28,737 nucleotides of DNA from Tepidisphaerales bacterium. GTDB lineage: Bacteria > Planctomycetota > Phycisphaerae > Tepidisphaerales > Tepidisphaeraceae. The notes below the pieces were generated by a model. The model was not told where the DNA came from. It made no database searches and saw nothing but the letters and a program-made list of their open reading frames with translations. Of this stretch, positions 10,843-18,662 are shown in pieces (the first letter of the stretch is position 1; each line of letters opens with the position of its first letter). The stretch lies in contig JBBSAF010000001.1 of NCBI GenBank assembly GCA_038252525.1, positions 1 to 28,737 of the forward strand. The letters are read 5' to 3'. The position numbers and the translations under genes were made by a program.

Positions 10843-11286
10843 CCTCGTTGTCCTACACATCTTTTGTGCAAGCCGCGGGGACCCGGCGCATTCCCCTGTC
10901 GCGTGGGCGCCCTCGCCGGCGTCCAACGACGTAGCCGGCGCGACCGGGGTTTGGAGGTTGTGAAAACCCCCGTTGAGCGCCGTCGTCACCGGCTTGGATG
11001 GGCAAGGCGGGGGCGAGGCGCATTGTTGTTATACATAAGTTTTTTCCAGCTCTAACGTGTGCTCCTGCCAAGAGATATGTGGCATAGCCGCCCTCGGCTG
11101 TGTCTCCCGCCGACACGCCAGCCTTCATTCCCTCAGCCGGGGGCGGCTGAGCCACATGAAACGGCGGAGGCAATGGCCGAGATGTGTATGACAACGGAGG
11201 CGAGGCGCCCTCGCGACAAAAATATCGCGGCCGACCGCCGACGACATGTGTATAAGAACGGGGGCGAGGTGCCCCCGCGACAAAAG
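10843..11286. repeat. Composite REP/BIME-like repeat cluster
   Basis: A central inverted 24-bp pair is at 11077-11100 and 11134-11157. A 43-bp direct repeat is at 11180-11222 and 11244-11286 (36/43 identical). Inverted partial copies lie at 10847-10862 and 10897-10917. Confidence 0.75.
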
Positions 11287-11307
11287 GAAGTCCGCCCCCC
11301 ATGTCCA

Positions 11308-12906
11308 TCACGATGCGATGGCCAGCGACGGCTCGAAGAGCGTCGGGCCTGTCGGGACATCATGGCGCATATGCAAGCCGTCGCGTCCGGGACCGTAATA
11401 GTCCACCAATCGCCCGACCTGCGTGAAGCCGTTGCGGTGGTACAGGGCGATCGCGGCGGTGTTGGTCGCCTCGACCTCCAGGTAAATCCGCTTGGCGCCG
11501 CGCGCGGCCAAGTCGTCGATCATCGCCCGCAAAATCCGTTGGCCGATGCGACGGCCCCGCGCGATGGGATCGACCGCGAGACTGTAGATCCGCCCGGAAG
11601 CGCCGCGCTTGTGACGGCGCACCAGGGAGATGCCCTCGCCGACGATCCGCCCGGCGTCCTCGGCGACCAGGAACACGGCGCTCTGCCGCTGCTGCAAATA
11701 CTGCAACTGCCGCTTGGTAAGGCAATAGGAACTGAAACACCCGGTCTCCAGCGCCACCGCCGCCGACAGGTCCGCCTTGTCGGCCCGGCGCACCTTGGCC
11801 TCGGTGGGCATCGACGCGCTGGCCAACACCCCGTCGGTGGGCGCGACGATGCCGGCTTCAGTGGAAATCTCCATCGGCGCCATGGGCAGGGGCGAAGGCA
11901 TCGCGGGGACCGCCATCTGAATGGCGGCTTTTCGCCTGAAGGTCGATTTTTGCAGCAGTTGGATCGGACGATAGCTCATCTTCGTCCACGCCAGGCTCTC
12001 CAAGCCCCAGTCGTCGCCGACGTTGATCCGCGGGCGGTGTGCCCAGACGGTGCGGCAGAACTCGCTGAAGATGAACTGGGCGAGGCCCTTGACCGTCAAA
12101 TCGGTTTTTTCGATGACGATGCTGGCCTGGTCGGCGCCGAGGGTTTCGCCGAAGGTGAAGCCGCGGATCGCCCAGCCGTCGCCGGACAGGTCGCGCTCGC
12201 CGGTGGAACCGGTTTCGTTGACGTGCACGACCAGCCCGCGCAATCCCAGCGCCCCGGCGTGCTGCAACGCCATGTCGCAGGCGATGGATTCCTTCGCCCG
12301 CTTGGTGGCATTGGTCCCGCCGTCGGTGAAGTGCTGGTGGTCTTGGTACTGCTTCCACCCGGCCAACAGTTGGCGGCATGGCTCCAGGTGTTTGGCGGCG
12401 TCATACGGCTCGACATGGTAGGCGTAATTGCGCATGAACCGGTTCTTCGCCTGGCGTTTGGAGGCCAAATCGCCGCCGGCGAGGTCGATCATGCGGTTGA
12501 CGTCGTAAACGTAGTCGATGGCGAGCGGCGCCACATCGAGTTTGCCGGCGTCGAAATGGCGCAGCATCTCGTCGCTGGCGTATTCGACGCGGCTATGGTC
12601 GGGCACGCCGTGGGCGGCGTTGTAGCCGTCCATGATCTCGTACGCCGACGCCAGGGCCTTGTCGGAGTTCCCGTCGCCGATGGGCGGCAGGAGCATCGTG
12701 AGGTCGCCGGTGCCATTGGCGAAGACGCACAGGTGCCCGTCGAGCGTCGTCCAAAACGTCCGCAGGCAGCGCGACCAGGTGAATAGTTGTGAAAAGGTAT
12801 GATCCGATAACGGCTCAGACAGGCGTGCCAGGTGTGCACACAAGGTCGCCCGGTCGGTCAGTTCGACAGGCCGGAGACCAAAACCCGAGAATGGGTTTGT
12901 GTCCAT
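11308..12906 (-). CDS. DUF2156 (MprF/LPG-synthase C-terminal-like aminoacyltransferase) fused to a C-terminal RimI-like GNAT acetyltransferase, 532 aa
   Basis: The N-domain has SDHTFSQLFTW, DYVYDVNRMIDLAGGDLASKRQAKNRF, IEKTD..VKGLAQFI and INVGDDWGLESLAWTKMSYRP (the DUF2156 pattern). The C-domain has IYSLAVDPIARGRRIG...IYLEVEATNTAAIALYHRNGF...YYG (GNAT motifs A/B). Confidence 0.88.
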   Translation of the reverse strand: MDTNPFSGFGLRPVELTDRATLCAHLARLSEPLSDHTFSQLFTWSRCLRTFWTTLDGHLCVFANGTGDLTMLLPPIGDGNSDKALASAYEIMDGYNAAHGVPDHSRVEYASDEMLRHFDAGKLDVAPLAIDYVYDVNRMIDLAGGDLASKRQAKNRFMRNYAYHVEPYDAAKHLEPCRQLLAGWKQYQDHQHFTDGGTNATKRAKESIACDMALQHAGALGLRGLVVHVNETGSTGERDLSGDGWAIRGFTFGETLGADQASIVIEKTDLTVKGLAQFIFSEFCRTVWAHRPRINVGDDWGLESLAWTKMSYRPIQLLQKSTFRRKAAIQMAVPAMPSPLPMAPMEISTEAGIVAPTDGVLASASMPTEAKVRRADKADLSAAVALETGCFSSYCLTKRQLQYLQQRQSAVFLVAEDAGRIVGEGISLVRRHKRGASGRIYSLAVDPIARGRRIGQRILRAMIDDLAARGAKRIYLEVEATNTAAIALYHRNGFTQVGRLVDYYGPGRDGLHMRHDVPTGPTLFEPSLAIAS

Positions 12907-13151
12907 ACAATTTACGGTTTCCTCCACAGGCGCCGCTCACCGTCGGCGGATGATCGGGAACGCCCCGACGCCGACGAAAGGACGGTACGCGGTGGACCGT
13001 CGCGAGCATGACGCCAACTCCGCCGTTCCGCTGGATGCGGCGAAGGGTTATTGCTGTATCGTCACTCGGACCGCCCGATCTGCACCGAACGCCCCGCCGT
13101 GCGACTGAATAACATTGTTCCATCGTTTTCCGGAATTGCAAATGGATGAAA

Positions 13152-13172
13152 TGTGGTAGGCGGTAGGCGGAA
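13152..13172. repeat. Short GGCGGTA-type heptamer run
   Basis: TGTGGTA-GGCGGTA-GGCGGAA belongs to the same family as the runs at 14933-15045 and 16681-16721. Confidence 0.65.
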
Positions 13173-13192
13173 GGATATAGGGGGAGAAAGAG

Positions 13193-13645
13193 TCATGGCC
13201 GACGGCTTTCCAGGCGGGAGACGCGGGATTGGAGGGCGTCGAGGGTGCGATCGAGTTTGTCGAGGTCGGTTTTGATCTCGCGCAGGGCGCGGGCGTCGGC
13301 GGGGTCCTGGCGGGGATTTTCGGCGGCGCGGAGACGGGTTTCCATGTCCTTGAGCCGCTTGTTCAAGGCGTCGATGGACTTGGCGGTGTCGGCATCGTCG
13401 CGGTCGCGCAGGCGGGCGCCGGTGGCCGAGGTCTCGTCGATGGCGGAGAGCTGTTTGTCCAGGTGGGCCAGTCGGGCCAGCACGGTGTCGTCGGGATGGA
13501 AGGGGTCGCGCTGGACGAGGGTTTCGAGCTTGGCGACGCGCTCGGCCAGGTCGGCGGCGGAATCGTCACCGCCACGCGAGGAAACCGGCGACATCGCCCC
13601 TGCCGCGAGAATCAGGCAAATCACCGTCGCGATCGCAGTTTTCAT
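13193..13645 (-). CDS. Secreted coiled-coil hypothetical protein, 150 aa
   Basis: GAGGAG RBS, signal-peptide-like MKTAIATVICLILAAGAMSP, and heptad-patterned segments (LAERVAKLETL, IDALNKRLKDMETRL, LDKLDRTLDALQSRVSRLE). Confidence 0.85.
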   Translation of the reverse strand: MKTAIATVICLILAAGAMSPVSSRGGDDSAADLAERVAKLETLVQRDPFHPDDTVLARLAHLDKQLSAIDETSATGARLRDRDDADTAKSIDALNKRLKDMETRLRAAENPRQDPADARALREIKTDLDKLDRTLDALQSRVSRLESRRP

Positions 13646-13712
13646 GGCGTTCTCCTCGGGTGGATGGGTAAACGACTTTCCCATCATAGTCGCCGGATTT
13701 CTCCTTTCGCGC

Positions 13713-13730
13713 CTGACACAATGCTGTCAG
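13713..13730. promoter_or_regulatory. Perfect palindrome CTGACA-N6-TGTCAG in a divergent promoter region
   Basis: CTGACA caatgc TGTCAG overlaps a CACAAT -10-like box upstream of the 13778 gene. Confidence 0.45.
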
Positions 13731-13777
13731 TGCCCCAGGGTACAGTTCCGGTCGGGGTGGAATTCGGGAGGCTTGCC

Positions 13778-14488
13778 ATGGCGACCAAAGGTTACGATGT
13801 GATGGTCGGGGACCAATTGAAGCACCTGGACATGGTCGATGCCCAACGGGCCAGGGCGCCGGCGGGGCTCGAACCCATCGAGGTGTCGCTGGCCAAGCGC
13901 TCGGCCGACTGGTTCACGGTGTTCCTGCTGCTGGTGGCGCCGGTGGCCGCGAGCGTGTCGTGGATCGCCTGCGCGGCGATCCTGGCGGCGGTGGCGAGCC
14001 TGGTGCTGACGGTGCATCTGCGGGTGTTCGTCAAGCTCAGCCGCTGGGCCGGGCCGCCCGACGAGCCGCAGGTGATCGCGGTCATCAAGGCGCCCGACCG
14101 GCTGTTTTGCCCGCGCTGCGGGGAGGAGCGCACCGACAATTATTGCGCCGTCTGCGGAATCAACGTCGAAAAGGAATACCGCAAGATGGTGCGGCACCTG
14201 GTGAAATACGTGGTGATCGACACCGAGAGCCAACGGAACTTCCTGTCGCAATCGGTCGGCGCCGAGCTGGCGCGGGTGGCGAGCGAGCAGCGAGCGGAGA
14301 TCGAGGAGAAAATGATCTGGATCCGACGCCAGCACGATATGGAAATCGCGCGGATCCACCGATCGCTGCGAAACGGCGGCGGGGCCGGGGCGCTGCCGTC
14401 GCCGACGACGCCCAGGGCGGAGGACACGACCGGATCGAAGTCGGATTCGGAGGATCATTGGCCGCTTGGACGGTACGTTTCGCGGTGA
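13778..14488 (+). CDS. Membrane protein with double-CxxC zinc ribbon and C-terminal coiled coil, 236 aa
   Basis: GGGAGG RBS, a TM hairpin (WFTVFLLLV...SLVLTVHL), CPRCGEERTDNYCAVCG and a helical tail. Confidence 0.85.
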   Translation: MATKGYDVMVGDQLKHLDMVDAQRARAPAGLEPIEVSLAKRSADWFTVFLLLVAPVAASVSWIACAAILAAVASLVLTVHLRVFVKLSRWAGPPDEPQVIAVIKAPDRLFCPRCGEERTDNYCAVCGINVEKEYRKMVRHLVKYVVIDTESQRNFLSQSVGAELARVASEQRAEIEEKMIWIRRQHDMEIARIHRSLRNGGGAGALPSPTTPRAEDTTGSKSDSEDHWPLGRYVSR

Positions 14489-14562
14489 ACGCCCGCCGGC
14501 GGATCGGCCCGCCGAGGTCGGCCAGCGAGCGAGACCGCGTGAATCGCAGGATCGGGTGCCCC

Positions 14563-14940
14563 ATGACCGATAACAAGGTCATGGGAAGTTGCGGTTTCTG
14601 CCTGGAGCCGATCGGACGCGGTTTCGCCAGCCTCTCGCGGGCGGCGGCCAAGGCGGCGTCGGCGCGCATCCGGCGATTGCGCGACGGGGAATCGGCGGCG
14701 GGGTGGACGTTGCGGGCCGAGGCGTGCGAGCGCTGCCCGATGCGGAAGGTCTATCGCAACGTCAGCTACTGCGGCTCGCCATTCCTGCGAAAACCGCTGC
14801 GCGATCCGGCCGAGGATGGCTGCGGCTGTCCGACGATCGAGAAGGCCAAGGACCGGTCGGAACACTGCCCGCTGACCGTTCGCCACCGTCCCGCGACGCG
14901 GATGGGCGAGGTGTGCGATTGCAAGTGGTGTGGGCAGTAG
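14563..14940 (+). CDS. Cys-rich small hypothetical protein (11 Cys in 125 aa)
   Basis: Cys motifs CGFC, CERC, YCG, CGC, HCP and CDCKWC. It is co-directional with the zinc-ribbon gene and ends in TAG. Confidence 0.75.
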   Translation: MTDNKVMGSCGFCLEPIGRGFASLSRAAAKAASARIRRLRDGESAAGWTLRAEACERCPMRKVYRNVSYCGSPFLRKPLRDPAEDGCGCPTIEKAKDRSEHCPLTVRHRPATRMGEVCDCKWCGQ

Positions 14941-15045
14941 GCGGAAGGAAGGTGGGCGGTAGGCGGAGAAGACCAAAGACCGCGTCCGGTGTCCGGCTGC
15001 ATTGTACGCATACCGCATACCGCCCACTGCCTACCACCTACCGCG
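14933..15045. repeat. Inverted GGCGGTA/TACCGCC heptamer array between convergent genes
   Basis: Left arm GGCAGTA GGCGGAA ... GGCGGTA GGCGGAG (14933-14968). Right arm TACCGCA TACCGCC CACTGCC TACCACC TACCGCG (15011-15045). Confidence 0.85.
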
Positions 15046-15072
15046 CCCCGCCCGCCGCCTCCATGTCTCCGC

Positions 15073-16572
15073 CTACCTCTCCAGTCGATACACCCTCAGC
15101 TCCGGACAGGTGTTGGCCTCCTGCTTCACGCGCGGCGCGGCGACGAAGACCGGCGTCAGGGCGAAGAGTTCATCGTAAAACGCGCGGATGCGGGCGACAC
15201 CGGCCTCGGCGCCGTCGGCGGGTTTCACTTGCGGGATGAAATAGCGCTCGTACCAAAAATCGGCGACGACCACGTAGTCGATGCCGCGATTTCGCAGTGA
15301 CTCGACCGAACCCAGTTCCGCGGCCCCGGTCCGCATCCAGATATTCGCCGGCACGTCGGCCGATCCGAGGCCGCTGTAGTTTTCGGCGAGAACCTGCTCG
15401 CCGGGCTTCACGTGGTTTCGCACCCAATCGGCGAGGATCGTGCGAGTGTCGTTGGCGACGATGAATTGCCGATTGAAAATCAACACCCGCCGGCCCTGTA
15501 CGACGACCACGACCAGGGCGATCGCCAGCGCGACGATCCCGCCGGCGCGCCCCGACCACCGCCGGAACACTCCGACCAGCGCGATCGCCCCCAGCCCGGC
15601 GATGACATGGACCCCCAGCACCGCGGGCAATGCATAGCGGGTGAAATAGATCACCGAATACGACAGGATCGTCAGCCAGAATGCGGCGTACAAAACGATG
15701 AACCCATCCCACGCCGTCCTGCGCCGCAATCCGATGGGCAAGAGCAGCAGGTAGGTTGCGGCCAAACCCGTCGCCGGCCATTGGGTTTGTCGGCGGACGG
15801 TATCGACGAAAAATGTGTTCGGACGGTCCATCGTCAGACTGAAATGCTCGGTGACGCTGTGTTCGCTCTCGGCCTCCAGCGACCGCTCGAAATGCGTCTG
15901 TTCCTCGAACGCGCGGTGGTTGATCGCCAGGATTCCGACGGCGAGGGCCGCGGTGAACACCAGTGGCCAGCCGATGGCGAAAGTCCAATGCCGCCAAGGG
16001 ATCAGCGGGACGAGCAACACCGACACCACCGACGCCGCGCCGACATATTTTCCGCTCGTCGCGACCGCGCAGCCCAGTCCCAGGATCGCCACCCCGATCA
16101 GTTGCGTCCACCATCGACCGGCGGTGGCGGTCGCGGCCATCCCCAGCACGCCGATGGCCACGCCGACCGCCAGCGCCGCGTCCTCCTTCATGTAGTGGGC
16201 GTAGGTGAACAGCGGCGGACAGAGTCCGACTATCAACCCCATCAGCGCCATGCCAATCACCCCGCCGGTCGCGTAGCCGACCCACGACAGTGCATACACC
16301 GCCGTGGCCGCGAAGACGGCCGAACACCACCGTCCGGTTTGGACGGTCTCTTGCGGGGTTGGCGGGGTATCGAACCACCCGGTGGCCCACTGGGTGGCTT
16401 CGAGGAGCAGTTGCGGGTGGTGGAAATTGCGGGAGTCGTTCAATATCTGCGAGACCTTGCCCGGCTCGTCGGGATGCCACGCGATGGGGAAGTCGATGTG
16501 CAGCGAATAGAGATGGAGCGCCCCGAAAAACAGGGCGGTGGAGAGGAGAATGGCGGAGAGGCGGGGGAGCAT
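15073..16572 (-). CDS. GT-C fold membrane glycosyltransferase (ArnT/PMT-like), 499 aa
   Basis: N-terminal TM, then WHPDEPGK (acidic pair), FHHPQLL, HYMKED, KYVG, about 10 TM helices, RYALP and a periplasmic C-terminal domain. Confidence 0.87.
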   Translation of the reverse strand: MLPRLSAILLSTALFFGALHLYSLHIDFPIAWHPDEPGKVSQILNDSRNFHHPQLLLEATQWATGWFDTPPTPQETVQTGRWCSAVFAATAVYALSWVGYATGGVIGMALMGLIVGLCPPLFTYAHYMKEDAALAVGVAIGVLGMAATATAGRWWTQLIGVAILGLGCAVATSGKYVGAASVVSVLLVPLIPWRHWTFAIGWPLVFTAALAVGILAINHRAFEEQTHFERSLEAESEHSVTEHFSLTMDRPNTFFVDTVRRQTQWPATGLAATYLLLLPIGLRRRTAWDGFIVLYAAFWLTILSYSVIYFTRYALPAVLGVHVIAGLGAIALVGVFRRWSGRAGGIVALAIALVVVVVQGRRVLIFNRQFIVANDTRTILADWVRNHVKPGEQVLAENYSGLGSADVPANIWMRTGAAELGSVESLRNRGIDYVVVADFWYERYFIPQVKPADGAEAGVARIRAFYDELFALTPVFVAAPRVKQEANTCPELRVYRLER

Positions 16573-16785
16573 CGGTTGGCAGTTGTCGCTTGTCAGTGGT
16601 CTGTTGTCTGTTGTCAGTTGTCAGTTGTCAGTTAATGGTTGATGGTTGCTTTTACTTGCAACGTACAACATACAGCTCTCGGCGGTAGGCGGTAGGCGGA
16701 GGGAGGGTAGGCGGAGAAGACAACACCGGCCTTCGTCGCCAACCCGCAGCGCGCAACTTATAACTCACAACCCACCGTTCACAAC
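16572..16785. repeat. Composite heptamer array (nnnGTTG x11, short CAACnnn run, GGCGGTA run, CAACnnn x7)
   Basis: The period-7 register holds over 16572-16648 and 16740-16785. It shares exact 16-mers with 4759-4774 (ACTTGCAACGTACAAC) and 14958-14973 (GGTAGGCGGAGAAGAC). Confidence 0.9.
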
Positions 16786-18425
16786 TTCTCCCCCATCCGT
16801 CCCGGCGCATCGGGTCTTCCGATGGCGCCTTTATAGTCCAGGACATAGGCCACGCCCGAGAGCATCAGTTCGCCGAGGATGGTCCACAGGCGCAATAGAA
16901 GTCCCAGGAACATCAGGAATGCCTTCAGTTGCCGTTCGTCGCCGCCGAAGTGGGCCAGGACGCTGTCGGGGAGGCTGAAGCGGAGGAGGGTGACGAGGAC
17001 CGCCTCGCGGACGCCCAGGCCGGCGGGGTTGGTGATGGCCAGGAAACCGGCGGTCCAGGCGATGGACTAGGCGCCGATGATGAGGGGCAGTTGATCCAGC
17101 GACAGGCCGAGGGTGTCGGGTTGGCTCATGAGGACCCAGAGCGCCAGGCCTTGCCAGGCGAGGCCGAGCATGTTCCACAGCATCAGCTTCGAGAGGAGGC
17201 GCTTTTGGAGTCGGATGGTGAATGGCATCTTGCCGGCGGCGGTGAGGATGCGGTTGACCGTCCCCAGGAAAATCCGGGGATGGAGCAGCAGCAGGAGCAG
17301 CGGCGCCAGGCAGGCCGTCGCGTAGAGATACGGGCGGGCGTCGGGGCCCATCTTGGGCGCGAACCATGGGAGGCAGATCAGGGCGGTGAAGATGTTGGCG
17401 AGCACGAAGATCGCCAACTCGAGCACCTGGCTGGTCGAGCAGGTGGCGGCGTTGACGCCGTAGGGACGGATGAGGTAGACCCTGCCCACCACCTGCCAGA
17501 TGGCGCCGGGGACGTAGCGGGCGAGTTCGCTGGTGGACCAGACGCGCGTCGCCGGCCAGAGGGGCACGCGGCGGCCGAAGGCCTCGAGGATCCGCCGCCA
17601 AGCCACCGCCCGGAAGACGAGAAGGAAGAGGGCGAACATCACGGCCGCCAACAGGATGCGGGTGAAGCTGGTGGCCTGGACCTTCTGGCTGATGGCGTCC
17701 CATTGACCGGCGATGCGGCGCACGAACCAGATGACCACCGCGGCGGTGATCGCCACGCCGATCAGCTGTTTGGCCGACCGTTTTAGGAAGGAGCCTGCCG
17801 AGCGGACGCGGTCCATGTGGCGATGGTGGAACGCGAGGATTTCGTCGGATTCTCGCTGCGGCGGCAGGGAGGACGGCGCCCGTCGGATGCGCCGCGGGGG
17901 CAGCAGGTTGATGCCGCGTCGGCGCATCCACGGACGGACCATGCGCCGGACTTTGGGCATAAGCCCGACGATCCCGTTGCCGACGCGCAATCCCGCGTAG
18001 GTCGCCAACCAACCGAGTCCCAATGCCACCAGGGCCACGGCGATCCACTCGCGGCGGGTGGGCTGATGGGCGTTGAACCAGCCGTGGTATCGCCACGCGA
18101 TGAGCAATCCGAAGATGATCGGGAGCACGATGGCGCCGCCGAGGCGGATCCACTGGTAGCGCGGGTGGAGGAGATGGAACTTGCGGCCGCGCAGGACGCG
18201 GGCGGTGAGCCGTCGCTTGCCGGGGAAGCTGACGAGTGCGAAACCGATGAGGAACAGGGGCACCCCGCCCGGTCCGGGCAGGAGCATCCCCACCCACGGG
18301 CTGGCGAGGATCAGCACCCAGCCGATGAGATTTTTGAGCAGGAACCAGGAATAGTCGGCGAAGAACTGGGCGATCCCCCAGCGCCGCCACAGGGGCGTCT
18401 TGATGTCGGGCGTTGGAAGGGTCAT
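16779..18425 (-). pseudogene. PGPGW-domain + lysylphosphatidylglycerol-synthase-TM (UPF0104, flippase-like) membrane protein interrupted by an in-frame TAG at 17067-17069
   Basis: The N-terminus has LPGPGGVPLFLIG and the middle has WSTSELARYVPG. After ...LIIGA-TAG the same frame continues SIAWTAGFLAITNPAGLGVREAVL...LRLWTILGEL...GRMGEKL to TGA at 16779-16781. The full length would be 548 aa. Confidence 0.8.
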
Positions 18426-18513
18426 GTCACGCGCGGTCCTCGTCGGCCGATGGGGGGCATGGCGATACATGGCTTGCCCCGGCGTCGCGATCATACCGAT
18501 CGACGGAGGCGCT

Positions 18514-18604
18514 GACGAATGTCGCGCGGTCGCGCGGGACGCGGGTTCCTGCGACCACAGGGACAGTGGTCGCCGGGATGAGCGACGAATGTCGCGCGGT
18601 CGCG
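18514..18604. repeat. 21-bp exact direct repeat flanking an 8-bp hairpin
   Basis: GACGAATGTCGCGCGGTCGCG at 18514-18534 and 18584-18604, with the hairpin GCGACCAC-N7-GTGGTCGC at 18551-18573. Confidence 0.8.
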
Positions 18605-18662
18605 GTCGTTCCGCAGGTCAACCCGCCGATCCATTCTCCGCGCACGGCGCGCACTTCAATTC

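Noticed and set aside
12907-13140. Riboswitch or ncRNA in the long leader of the DUF2156-GNAT gene
   Set aside because: It is GC-rich with possible stems, but no recognisable conserved aptamer or terminator. It cannot be supported without an Rfam search.
17067-17069. Genome-wide TAG reassignment (alternative genetic code)
   Set aside because: TAG ends other genes at sensible positions (14938-14940, 15073-15075), and no other gene here has an internal TAG.
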